NCBI GenBank assembly: GCA_964016885.1
Contig: OZ024757.1
Span: forward strand, 4,216,001 to 4,280,000
Length of the DNA stretch: 64,000 bases
DNA from: Eledone cirrhosa
Taxonomy: Eukaryota
Direction: 5' to 3'
Below, piece by piece: positions 16,968 to 29,867 of this stretch. The stretch's first letter is position 1, and each line of letters begins with the position of its first letter. A program made the translations under genes and the position numbers. The notes under the pieces were generated by a model. It had not been told where the DNA came from. It did not search any database and saw only the letters and a list, made by a program, of their open reading frames with translations.

Positions 16968-17808
16968 ACAGTTGCATTTATCTTGCTTTATGTTCATACG
17001 AGTTATCACCAAGTCACAACCATTGACCTCAAGAGACAACAAGGTCCGCCATGTTCAAGAAAGAACATACATACACACACATGCATCTTTAGGTGTTTAG
17101 ACTTGTGATGTACTTATATTGACAGAATCTTCCTTAGTATATGGGCATTTCCCATTAGTTCTATCTTTTGTATTTCTCCTATACGCGGGTTTCCTGGGAT
17201 TTGCGATAAGTAATCATTAGACCCCTGAGGTATCATTCCTAGAGCGCCTACAACCACTGGTATGGTTTTAGTTCTCAATTTCCACATTTTTCCAATTTCT
17301 ATCTCCAGGTCCTTATACTTGCTCAATTTTTCAAATGTTTTTAGAGATACGTTCTGGTCTATTGGAACGGACATATCAATTAGCAGGCATACCTCTTTTT
17401 AAAGTCCTTCAGTATTATATCAGGTCTATTTGCATCTATTTTTCGGTCTGTTTGGATTCTAAAGTTCCACAAGATTGAGATGTGATCTTTTTCAAGTATG
17501 GGAGGTGGTTGATGCTCCCACCAATTCTTTTGATGGGGCAGGTCAAAATGCTTACACATTATCCAATGTATGTATTGTGCAGCTCTTTCATGCCTGTTTA
17601 GGTATTCGGTTGGAGCTATAGGACTGCACATTGAAATTATATGATCAATAGTCTCTGGTTGTTTTTTGCATACACGGTATAATGGGGTTGCATCTATTTT
17701 TTATTATGTTGGCTTGGTAATTTTTTGTTGGCAGACACTGATCTTGTGCTGATATAATCAGTCCTTCAGTCTCCGATTTCAGTCCAGAGGATGCCAACCA
17801 CTGATGGG
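16968..17808 (-). mobile_element. R4/Dong family B, 5'-truncated 3' fragment (zinc knuckle + RLE + 3' UTR)
   Basis: ORFs 17380-17631 and 17114-17374 (RH, RPDIILKD, DMSVP, KLSKYKDL). Bounded on both sides by (ATT)n. Confidence 0.92.
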
Positions 17809-17839
17809 TTTATTATTATTATTATTATTATTATTATTG

Positions 17840-20800
17840 TTATTCCTTGAATCTCAGTCATTGATGTTGGTTAACTGGAAAGTCCGTTGGATTGAATATC
17901 AAGCCACTACCTGCAGCCTCAGATATTCAGGACGTATCGGAGGGTTCTTGCTGTTCCAAGCAAGCATGCCTTTTGAAGCGTTCCAAAAAGCATGAAGGGG
18001 CCGATTTTCTTTAACCATCCCTGGAAACTTTTGGAGATAGTCCCCAGTGCGCCTATGACAATCGGGATCACTTTGACTTCATGGCAGTTCCAAATCCTTT
18101 TCACCTCCCACTTTAGGTCCTGGTATCGGTTAATTTTCTCCCTCTCCTTCTCTTGCACTCTCGTGTCGAACGGGCAGGCCACATCCACAAGCAGGCACGA
18201 TCTTTTTTCTTTGTCCACAACCACCAGGTCAGGTCTATTGTGTTCCAGTTTTTTGTCCGTCTGTATCCTAAAATCCCACAGCACCTTCACCTGATTGTTC
18301 TCCATCACCGCCTCTGGACTATGCTCATACCATTTCTCAGAATGTGGTAGATTGTTTACTTTGCACAGGTGCCAGTGGATCACCCTGCCCATCACATCGT
18401 GTCTCCAGCCCTTATAGTGGGTCTGGGCTAGGTGTTTACACTCGGACACAATGTGAGCCACAGTCTCCTCTCTCTCTCCACAGATCCTGCACAGTGGGCT
18501 GGCCTCCTCCTTGTAGATATGGTGCTTCAACCACTTCGTTTTGAGGGCCTGCTCCTGCGCAGCCATTAGCATTCCTTCTGTAGCCTTTTTGAGGTCTCCT
18601 CTTCTCAACCAGTTCCATGTCTGTGGATCTCTAAATTCAGTTTTCTCAAAGAAGGTACTATGAAGGGGTTTTCCCTTAAGGCTGCTCTTCCTCCTTGATG
18701 TTATTTCCTCCCTGGACATCCCCTGGCCTACTGTCCCCTCCTTCAGTACAGCTCTGAGCATTGGCTCCTTACTATAGGTCACGTATTTGTATAGGTTGTT
18801 TTTCTCCATCTGAACACAGTCCTCTATGCTGATAAGACCTCTTCCACCCTCAGATCTCCTTAGGTAGAGTCTATCGACATCACTCCTCTTGTGGAACATG
18901 TTGTAGATAGTCAATAGCTTCCTAGTCTTCCTATCCATTTCTTTCTGTTCAGCAACATTCCATCTCAGAATTCCCGCACTGTACCTAATAATAGACACAG
19001 CTCGGGAATTTACTGCGCTTATGGCATTTCTGCTGTTCAGATGTGACTTCAATACGCTCCTTACTCTCCGAATGTATTCAGTTCTTAACAATTCCTTCAT
19101 TTTATTGTTCTTTATGCCATCAGCCTCCAGAACGCCCAAATACTTGTATCCTTCCTCAGAGTCAATTTCCTTTATCATCTCACCTGTTGGTATCTGGATC
19201 CCGTTACTTCTGCTCAACCTACCCCTCTTCATCACAATGACTCCACATTTACCAATACCAAACTGCATACATATATCACTGCTGAAAATACGGACAGTGT
19301 CAACAAGCACATCCAACTCCTTCTCACTTTTCCCGAAGAGCTTAAGATCGTCCATGAAGAGGAGGTGATTGATGGTAAGCTCTCCCCTTCCCAACTTGTA
19401 TCCTGCTCTCACTTTTCGCAGCATAATGGTCAAGGGCATCAGGGCAAGGACAAACAACAGAGGGGACAGGCTATCTCCCTGGAAGATACCTCTCTTGATC
19501 TTCACGCTTCCCAAGGATACTCCAGTTGATGTCAACTCTGTCTCCCAGGACCCCATACTCCTGCCTAGCAACTGTCTGATGTTATCCGCCACCCTGAAGA
19601 TCTCCAGGCTTTTGGTGATCCAGGAATGAGGCACCATGTCAAATGCCTTTCTGTAGTCTATCCATCCCATGGCAAGATCAGTGTGTCTCCTCCTGCAATT
19701 CCCCATTACCATCTTATCAATAAGCAACTAGTCCTTTGTACCACGTGACTTCTTTCGGCATCCTTTCTGTTCGTCCGGTAACAAGTTGTTTGTGTGGAGG
19801 TGATGGTAGATTTCCTCAGACACAATGCTCGTCAACAGTTTCCACATTACGGGCAGACATGTGATAGGTCTATAGTTGGTAGCATCATTACCCTTGATTC
19901 GGTCTTTCATTATCAGAACTGTGGTACCTTTTGTCAACCACTCTGGCACCTCACCCGACACCAAGCAGTCATTGAACATGGCCGTCAGCTTCGGGTGGAG
20001 GGATGTTAGATGTTTAATCCAATACCCCTGCACACCATCTGGGCCTGGTGATTTCCAGTTGGTTAGTTTTTTGGCTTGCCCCTTAAGAGTTTCAACTGTG
20101 ATACTCAAATCAGTCTGTTGCTGTGCCTGCTCACCGATCTCCCTCTGTACTGTCTCAATCCACCCTGCCTGGGCATTGTGTCTAACATCCTGCTCCCATA
20201 TTCCTCTCCAGAATGTTTTAGTTTGCTCCGCCCCAGGGATCAAGTCGTTGCCTCTTTCTTTGCCCTCAAGCTGTCCAAACAGCATCTTCTGGTTGTTGTC
20301 GAACATGCGGTTCTGTTTATACTGACTGACTCTGTTCTCGTATCGCCTGATTTTTGCACTCTTTGCTACAATGCGTTGCTTCAATTCCTCTATGATAATA
20401 TTTAGCTTTTTACTCCTAGTTTTGTATTTTATTTCCAGTCTATTTTTAGTGCCTATGTTTTTTAGTGTCCCATTCAGTAGTGACTCAAGCTTTCCTATGT
20501 CATTTCTCATTTCCCCGATTTGCCCACTCAGTCGCTTCTTCCACCACGGCTCTGCTCTTTCTTGTCTGTTGTTTCCTCTCGCTTTTATACCAAGTAGTTT
20601 CCTCACCGTATTTGCTGTTGCTCTGAGGATATTGTTGCACTGGTGAAGGCTCCTCGCCTCAAGGTATGGGATGACTTTGTTTACCTTAGCTGTTGTTTCT
20701 TTTAACTTTTTCCTGTCTACAAATCTTAGGTTCATAGGTCTCCCACTATCATTGTTCAATTCATCTACCACTAAATTTAGGATGTCAACCGAATCTTGTC

Positions 20801-21862
20801 CTAGCCCGTCAGCATTTATCTCCTCAGTGGCCGTATCTCTGTTCCAGGTATTATTTATCTCAGTACTCAGATCATTGTCTGCTTCGGGTGGTTCCTCCGT
20901 TCTCAGGACCTCCTCACCTTCATTTCCCACCGGCTCGCTTGTCTGGCATACTACACCCGCCATCTCCAAGCCATTCTCTCTGCTCAGTTCCTCCAGTTCC
21001 AGCTCGCTTATCCACCCATTAGTTCTTATTACCCGAGCCTGCCCGGCCAATTTTTGTTCATCTAATTTAAATAAACCAATCTCGTTCCAGATGTTATGCA
21101 TCCGTCTCCTGTAGCCCCTCTCCTTGGGGTTACTTTTCAGGTAGCATTGCATAACAGTTCTATTCAATTCTTTCGTCCAGTTGGTTCTGGCCCCTTTCCT
21201 TCTTCTCCTTCCTTCAACATCAGCAGTATTTGGTTGACAGTCAGGTTCCTGCTGCTGCGCCAGGGGGCACCTGTTGGGTGAGAGTCTGTCACATGACGTT
21301 CTAGTCTCCATTTCACGGTTATTCGAACTGCTTATGTTCGATATTTAAACACTCTTATCGAGGATTGGCGAATGTATGTTTACATAGCCATCTGTGGATC
21401 CGCCATCCCACTTGGCCCTTGTGTGGCATCATCACCACGCTGTATACGAACACACATAAACAAACAAACACACAGGCAGAAAGGGCCCCAGAAATGAATA
21501 AGCATAAGTTTCATTGTAATGTAGTGTTCGAATGTCTGACTTAGTTTTAGTTTTTTAAGTTTTACTTTTTCCCCCCTCTTCTCTGTCCATCCGCCTTCTT
21601 CTCTCTTCATTCTTATTTTCTTTACGTTTTTGGGGTTTCTTTTTTTTGTTTTTGTTTTTCTCTGTTTGTTTTTCTCGTTTTTTGCTGTTGTTGCTGTGCT
21701 GCTTTGGTTTTGTTGTTTGTTTATTCTTTTTTCTTTTGGGTCTATCTATATATTTTGATGCCTTCCTCTTTGTTAGTAGTAGGAATTCTATAATGTGGAA
21801 GTAGCAGCCAGCAGGGAAGTGGGAGACTGGCGGCGTTAGCGATACTGAGACAGTGGTGGGTC
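17840..21862 (-). mobile_element. R4/Dong family A copy, nearly full length, 5'-truncated inside the leader
   Basis: Near-identical to 30362-34350 and flanked by (ATT)n on both sides. Confidence 0.95.
17919..21311 (-). pseudogene. R4/Dong ORF (RT-CCHC-RLE) broken by one nonsense change (CAG>TAG at 19728-19730)
   Basis: The 527-aa and 602-aa ORFs are in frame and colinear with the intact 1130-aa copy (..GTKD*LLIDKM vs ..GTKDQLLIDKM). Confidence 0.95.
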
Positions 21863-21916
<54 letters not shown>

Positions 21917-21919
<3 letters not shown>

Positions 21920-22760
21920 AGTTGCATTTATCTTGCTTTATGTTCATACGAGTTATCACCAAGTCACAACCAGTGACCTCAAGAGACAACAAGGTCCGCC
22001 ATGTTCAAGAAAGAACATACATATTCACACATGCATCTTTAGTGTTTAGACTTGTGATGTACTTATATTGACAGAATCTTCCTTAGTATATGGGCATTTC
22101 CCATTAGTTCTATCTTTTGTATTTCTCCTATACGCGGGTTTCCTGGGATTTGCGATAAGTAATCATTAGACCCCTTAGGTATCATTCCTAGAGCGCCTAC
22201 AACCACTGGTATGGTTTTAGTTCTCAATTTCCACATTTTTCCAATTTCTATCTCCAGGTCCTTATACTTGCTCAATTTTTCAAATGTTTTTAGAGATACG
22301 TTCTGGTCTATTGGAACGGACATATCAATTAGCAGGCATACCCTCTTTTTAAAGTCCTTCAGTATTATATCAGGTCTATTTGCATCTATTTTTCGGTCTG
22401 TTTGGATTCTAAAGTTCCACAAGATTGAGATGTGATCTTTTTCAAGTATGGGAGGTGGTTGATGCTCCCACCAATTCTTTTGATGGTGCAGGTCAAAATG
22501 CTTACACATTATCCAATGTATGTATTGTGCAGCTCTTTCATGCCTGTTTAGGTATTCGGTTGGAGCTATAGGACTGCACATTGAAATTATATGATCAATA
22601 GTCTCTGGTTGTTTTTTGCATACACGGTATAATGGGGTTGCATCTATTTTTTATTATGTTGGCTTGGTAATTTTTTGTTGGCAGACACTGATCTTGTGCT
22701 GATATAATCAGTCCTTCAGTCTCCGATTTCAGTCCAGAGGATGCCAACCACTGATGGGTT
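21917..22760 (-). mobile_element. R4/Dong family B 3' fragment, duplicate of 16968-17808
   Basis: ORF 22063-22581. Same 5' truncation point (..ccactgatgggttt) and only a handful of differences from the first copy. Confidence 0.92.
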
Positions 22761-22766
22761 TATTAA

Positions 22767-22829
<63 letters not shown>

Positions 22830-22832
<3 letters not shown>

Positions 22833-25727
22833 AGTTGCATTTATCTTGCTTTATGTTCATACGAGTTATCACCAAGTCACAACCAGTGACCTCAAGAGAC
22901 AACAAGGTCCGCCATGTTCAAGAAAGAACATACATATTCACACATGCATCTTTAGTGTTTAGACTTGTGATGTACTTATATTGACAGAATCTTCCTTAGT
23001 ATATGGGCAGTTCCCATTAGTACTATCTTTTGTATTTCTCCTATACGCGGGTTTCCTGGGATTTGCGATATGTAATCATTAGACCCCTTAGGTATCATTC
23101 CCAGAGCGCCTACAACCACTGGTATTGTTTTAGTTCTCAATTTCCACATTTTTCCAATTTCTATCTCCAGGTCCTTATACTTGCTCAATTTTTCAAATGT
23201 TTTTATAGATACATTCTTGTCTATTGGAACAGACATATCAATTAGCAGGCATACCCTCTTTTTAAAGTCCTTCAATATTATATCAGGTCTATTTGCATCT
23301 ATTTTTCGGTCTGTTTGGATGCTAAAGTTCCACAAGATTGAGATGTGATATTTTTCAAGTATGGGAGGTGGTTGATACTCCCACCAATTCTTTTGATGGT
23401 GCAGGTCAAAATGTTTACACATTATCCAATGTATGTATTGTGCAGCTCTGTCATGCCTGTTTAGGTATTCGGTTGGAGCTATAGGACTGCACATTGAAAT
23501 TATATGGTCAATGGTCTCTGGTTGTTTTTTGCATACACGGCATAATGGGCTGCACCCATTTTTTATTATGTTGGCTTGGTAATTTTTTGTTGGCAGACAC
23601 TGATCTTGTGCCGATATAATCAGTCCTTCAGTCTCCGATTTCAGTCCAGAGGATGCCAACCACTGATGGGTTAAAGTTTTGTCAACATCAGGATTGTTAG
23701 CTCGCTCTGGGTATTTTCCATACAGAGGCTTTTCTTGCCATTTCTTAGCCAGTTTCTGTAGCAGTTCTTTCTTTGCAGTTACTTTTACCTGCTTTGCTTT
23801 TTCTGTGTTTTCCATTTCAGCAGTAAATGGGACTTCTGAAATTTGTAGTCCATTACTGTATCTTTGTGCATCTTTTGTAATGGAATATGATCTTTTGATG
23901 CTTTCGTGTTTCAAACGAGTTTGATCATCCAATCATGTGATTCCCTTAGATATGTAGATAATCCAATTGTTGCAGTTTTCAACGCAATGTCTAACTGGAT
24001 TAACCGATGTCCTCCTTCTTTCCTAGGGAGATATATTCTATCTATATCTGCTTTAGGGTGATGCATTCTGTGCATGGTTAAGAATTTTCGAATTTTTTTA
24101 TCGAGCCTACGGATCTCTGTGCTTGACCAGTTGATGACATTGTAACTGTAGGTTACTACTGGTATGGCAAGCGTGTTTATGGCATCGATCCTATTCCTTG
24201 CATTCAATTCCGTTTTTAAGATTGCTCTCACTCTGCGGTAACATTCCTTCCTTATCCTTTCCCTCATTGTCGAGTGCTTGATTCTGTCTCCTTCACAAAC
24301 ACCTAGATATTTGTAAGTCTTTTCTTGATCAAGTTCTCTTATCACGTTCCCCCGATTAAGATTAATGTCTGAACTCTTCAGCAGCTTTCCTCTGGTGAAC
24401 GTTGCTTTGGCGCATTTATCTAGTCCAAACTCCATTTTAATGTCATCACTGAACTGCTCCACAGTGGATAATAGCCCTTGCAATTGTTCATCATTTTTTG
24501 CAAATAGTTTCAGGTCATCCATGTAGAACAGGTGATTAATGGTTTTGTCATAGACTTTATATCCATGTTTTGTTTCATTGAGCATTTTACTTAATGGTAT
24601 AAGTGCGATGCAGAATAAAAGCGGTGATAAAGAGTCACCCTGAAAAATTCCACACTTAATATTAACTTCTCCAGCTTCCAGTGATTTTGTTTCACTATTC
24701 AAAAGGGGTGTCGTTTTCCATGTCTTCATACTGAATGACAAAAACCTCCTGACAACGGGGGGTATTTTGAAAATCTCTAAACATTTTTCAATCCAACTGT
24801 GTGGCAACTATCGAATGCTTTTTTATAATCTATCCAAGCAATCGATAGATTTTTGTGTCTATTATGACAATCTTCCAGTATCATTTTGTTAACCAGAAGC
24901 TGATCCTTACAGCCATATGAGCCTCGATTACACCCTTTCTGCTCAATGGGAAATAGGTCATTTGTTATCAGGTGGTCATACGTGTATTCAGTTAGGACTG
25001 ATGTTAAAATGTTATACATTGTGGTCAAGCAAGTTATCGGTCTGTAATTTTTGGGATTGTTTGTCTCATCATTCTTCGGAAGCAGGAATGTAATGCCGTT
25101 AACTAGCCATGAAGGTATCTTTTCTGGCTCCTTAACTATTTCATTGTAAAGTTGGGCTAACAGCTCATGAGACTCTGTGAAGGCATTTATCCAAAAGTTT
25201 TGTATTTTGTCTTTTCCTGGGGATTTCCATTTGCTGGTTTTTCTTAGAGCCAAGCGCAACTGTTCAACTGTTATATTTTCCCATGTTTGTTCCTCAAGGT
25301 GAGCTGTATCTTTCATTTGTCTGTCTATCCATGGGGCATGTATGTTATGAACTTTTTCTTCGGCCCAGATCTTTTCCCAGAATTCTTGCACTTCCTCCTT
25401 GGGTGGTATTGATTTAGCAGTTATTGTTGACTTACCAATTTTTCTGTAGAAGTTTCTTTGGTTGTTTTTGAACATATTATTGTCCTTATAGAATCTAGAT
25501 CGTTTTTCAAAGCGCCTTATACGAGCAGCTTTGGCCGACACTTTTCGCTTGATTATTTCTATCAGCATGTCTATGTCACATGTTGATTTTATACTGTACT
25601 TTTTTTTCAATTTTCTAAGTTTACTTTGTTTAACATGTTCACCTACTTTACTTTATAGTTTGTTAAAATTTCTATGTCTGTTTAACATGTTCACCTACTT
25701 TATAGTTTGTTAAAATTTCTATGTCTT
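22830..25727 (-). mobile_element. R4/Dong family B, long 5'-truncated copy with two frameshifts
   Basis: ORFs 24777-25610, 23911-24807 and 22976-23932 carry SPGKD, NYRPITC, QGDSLSP, YMDDLK, CRVC..H..C, RHD and RPD..D. A ~47-nt tandem duplication lies at the 5' junction. Flanked by (ATT)n. Confidence 0.93.
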
Positions 25728-25742
25728 ATTATTATTATTATT

Positions 25743-26145
25743 AGCAATTACCCAGTGCATTACTGGTACTTTATTTTATCGACCCCGTAAGGATGAAAGG
25801 CAAAGTTAACCTCGGCGGGATTTGAACTCAGAATGGCAAGGGCCGTAACTCTATGCATCAAAGCATGGCATCCAACCCTCTACCGATACTGCCAATTCAC
25901 CGCCCTAATAATAATAATAATAATTGTTTCTACTTTAGGCACAAGGCCAGCAATTACCCAGTACATTACTGGTACTTTATTTTATCGACCCCGTAAGGAT
26001 GAAAGGCAAAGTTAACCTCGGCGGGTTCTGAGTTCAAATCCCGCCGAGGTTAACTTTGCCTTTCATCCTTACGGGGTCGATAAAATAAAGTACCAGTAAT
26101 GCACTGGTTAATTACTGGCCTTGTGCCAAAAGTAGAAACAATTAT
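25743..26145. mobile_element. Cluster of the same tRNA-derived SINE (two minus-strand copies, one plus-strand partial copy)
   Basis: Matches 15886-16080. Segments 25922-26025 and 26040-26143 form an inverted pair. Confidence 0.88.
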
Positions 26146-26167
26146 TATTATTATTATTATTATTATT

Positions 26168-27750
26168 GTTCTTTGAGACTCAGTCATTGATGTTAGTTAA
26201 CTGGAAAGTTTGTTGAAATGAATATCAAGTCACTACCTGCAGCCTCAGATATTCAGCACGTATCGGAGGGTTCTTGCTGTTCCCAGCAAGCATGCCTTTT
26301 GAAGCGTTCCAAAAAGCGTGGCGGGGCCAATTTTCTTTAACCATCTCTGGAAACTTTTTGATAGTACCTAGTGCGCCTATGACAATCGGGACCACTTTGA
26401 CTTCATGGCAGTTCCAAATCCTTTTTACCTCCCACTTTAAGTCTTGGTATCGGTTAATTTTCTCCCTCTCCTTCTCTTGCACTCTCGTGTCGAATGGGTA
26501 GGCCACATCCACAATCAGACACGATTTTTTTTCTTGTCCAAAACCACCAGGTCAGGTCTATTGTGTTCCAGTTTCTTGTCCGTCTGTATCCTAAAATCCC
26601 ACAGCACCTTCACCTGATCGTTTTCTATCACCGACTCTGGCTTATGCTCATACCACTTCTCAGAATGTGGTAAATTGTTTACTTTGCATAGGTGCCAGTG
26701 GATCACCCTGCCCATCACATTATGTCTCCAGCCCTTATAGTGAGTCTGGGCTAGGTGTTTACACTCGGATACAATGTGAGCCACAGTCTCCTCTCTCTCT
26801 CTCCACAGATCCTGCACAATGGGCTAGCCTCCTCCCTGTAAATATGGTGTTTCAACCACTTCGTTTTGAGGGCCTGCTCTTGCGCAGCCATTAGCATTCC
26901 TTCTGTAGCCTTTTTAAGGTCTCCTCTTTTCAACCAGTTCCATGTCTGTGGATCTCTGAATTCACTTTTCTCAAAGAAGGTACTATGAAGGGATTTTTCA
27001 TGAAGGCTGCTCTTTCTCCTTGTTGTTATTTCCTCCTTGGACATCCCCTGGTCTATTGTCCACTCCTTCAGTGCAATTCTGAGCATTGGCTCCTTACTAT
27101 CAGTCACGTATTTGTGTAGGTTGTTTTTCTCCATCTGAACACACTCCTCTATGATGATAAGACCTCTTCCACCTTCAGATCTCCTTAAGTAGAGTCTATC
27201 GACATCACTCCTTTTGTGGAACATGTTGTAGATAGTCAATAGCTTCCTAGTCTTCCTATCCATTTCTTTTTGTTCAGCAACATTCCATCTCAGAATTCCC
27301 GCACTGTACCTAATAATAGACACAGCTCAGGAATTTACTGCACTTATGGCATTCCTACTGTTCAGATGTGACTTTAGTACGCTCCTTATTCTCCGAATGT
27401 ATTCAGATCTTATCAATTCCTTCGTTTTTTTGTTCTTGATGTCATCAGCCTCCATAACACCTAAATATTTGTATCCCTCTTCAGCATCAATTTCCTTTAT
27501 CATATCACCTGTTAGTACCTGGATTCCGTTGCTTCTGCTCAATTTACCCCTCTTCATCACAAGGACTCCACACTTACTAATACCAAATTGCATACATATA
27601 TCATTGCTGAAAATACGGACAGTGTCAACAAGCACATCCAACTCCTTCTCACTCTTCCCGAAGAGCTTAAGATCGTTCATGAAGAGGAGGTTATTGGTGG
27701 TAATCTCTCCCTTTCGCAACTTGTATCCTGCTCTCACTTTTCGCATATAA
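26168..27750 (-). mobile_element. R4/Dong family A' 3' portion, decayed
   Basis: ORFs 26751-27323, 26515-26817 and 26225-26512, plus the C-terminal half of 27327-28094 (FMNDLK), match family A. The 3' UTR abuts the SINE (ATT)n tail. Confidence 0.92.
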
Positions 27751-28800
27751 TGGTCAGGGGAATTCCTTTGTTTTTTCATCTTCACTCCACATAAGTGAGT
27801 GGTGACTTTAGCCGATGCATAATAGAGATGATTTAAATCAGTAATGTTTAGTTTGTTTGTGATGATAATGTTTTTGAGAATTATGTTAGTCTTATGTATT
27901 ATCTTTTGGTTCTGTTTGGAGTTCTGGATCTTAGGGAGTGTGTCTCGTTGCCCCATGTCAGATTCTTTCATTTTCATCCATTCGATCATAATTTCATCCT
28001 TCAAGTTGGCAAGTTCATTCTCATTCATTTCTTTATCATTTACGATCTCATTATTTTCATTTGGAGTTTCATCTTGAGCATGCACTCCCTCCACTTTTTC
28101 GATCCTTTCTTTAATTTGTTCTGTTGCCAGTGATTCCGCCCCAACCCAGGGATTCGAAGTGTTACAATTTACCTCGTTTTCACTGACACATGTTTCATTT
28201 TCCCTTCGCTGACTTTGTGCTAATAGCTTGATCTGATCAATTTCTATATCAGTTAGTAACTTTTTTCTTCGTATATTGGCTAGTTTGTTGCTGTCAATAT
28301 AGCCTCTGTTTTCGGGATGTTTCTTTTTCCAGTTGATATATGTCTGTTCTGTATTCGATGTATTGATGGGTAGTACATGGCAGTGTAGAAAGCCTCAAGG
28401 ACTTCTTTATTATCTTCCCTTGACCATTTTTCTCTCTTTTTCTTTGGATTTCTTGGTGGTGAGCATGGAGGGCCAACAGTAGGAGTATTCCGGTTATGGG
28501 AGGTCTCCAGCTCCGAAGTGATGGGAAGGTTTGAACCATTAGCTGATTTTTCGACCCCAGTCTGGTTCCTCTCTGAGGGACGCGGCCCTTTTTTACCCGG
28601 GTGACGGCCGATCCGGTATGAGATTTTATCATTAGACATTTACTTTATTTTGTCGCGTTTTATCCTTATCCGCCAAGGGGTAATCATTTCGTGTTACCAC
28701 TTCTAGAACGAGTGTCAACCAAGACTAGAGGGGTCGTTCTCCCCTAGAGACACGGCTATTCCCCGCCGGCCGCCATCCCGGTATTTCTTGGTCACGGGGT
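27750..28800 (-). mobile_element. 5' end of an R4/Dong element (probably family B): 5' UTR and N-terminal coding region
   Basis: ORF 28280-28639 (KKREKWSREDNKEVLEAFY, an R4-type N-terminal motif) and the N-half of 27327-28094 (LNHLYYASA). Not similar to family A at the nucleotide level. Structured GC-rich leader at 28650-28800. Confidence 0.8.
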
Positions 28801-28949
28801 TTTCTTTTTGTTGTTTTTTTTTAAATTGTTATTATCATGAGTGGTTCCTTAATGTGAGCATTGCGTGGCTTAAGAATGAAATTATTAATAATTGTCTCCA
28901 CTCCAGGCACAAGGCCAGCAATCACCCAGTGCATTACAATAATATAATA

Positions 28950-29835
28950 TACTTTTTGCTGATGTTGCCTGTTATTGTTGTTGGCTATGTCGGTGGTGGT
29001 GCTGGGGATTTTTATATTGTTGGTGAGGAAGGGGTGAGCCAGCAGTGCCATAGTTGTTGATGTTGACGTTTGGCCGGTGGCCAGGTCACTAAGTCAATCT
29101 ATTTACATCTTTTGCTAGCTTCTCCCTTGTCTAGTGATACCGCCACCTTCCCCTTTATCTCTCAAGTTAACAGGGGAATAGTGGTGGTAGCAATGAAGGA
29201 GTGGTGGCGGCGGTGATGGGATAGTGGTAGCAATGATGGATGGAGTGGTGGCGGCGGTGGCGTTGACGTTACTGAGTTTTGTGATATGTAGTATATATGA
29301 GTGTGTGTCGCGTATGTTTAATATATATTGTGTTGACATATTCCCGTAAAATTGGAATTAAACATTTTGTTAAAACCTGAGACAATAATAATAGTAATTA
29401 TTATTATGATGCTGGGATTGGTGGTGGTGGTGGTGAAATTGCCGTTATCTGGCTGTTATATTTAGTGTGATGGGGTAGGTGGTGTATCAAGTTTCTGGTG
29501 TTGGTGAAATTGCTGTTATTTGGCTGTTCTATATAGTGTAGACAGAGGGCGTGTTCTTCCATTTATAACCATTTTCTTTTTTTAATACAATATATATAAT
29601 ACAAAATTGAATATTTGAGCGATTTATATCGCTCAAATATTCAATTTTGTATTATATATTTTGTATATGGATCCGAAATTTAATGGGACTTGACTCGGTG
29701 GTTTATGCAACATTTGTACTAAGAATTATTATTTCACAATTGATTTAAATATGTTAAAAATCAAAAACTTACGGGAGCGATTTCATGACCTTCTACCACC
29801 TCGTGCGTCTTCTTCCCTTATTCCGTCTTCTTCCC

Positions 29836-29838
<3 letters not shown>
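28950..29838 (-). mobile_element. Family A/A' 5' leader (orphaned from its ORF)
   Basis: 29715-29838 matches 34795-34901 and 16845-16940. GGT-rich interior resembles 16430-16740 and 34350-34680. A SINE fragment lies at ~28880-28940. Confidence 0.75.
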
Positions 29839-29867
<29 letters not shown>

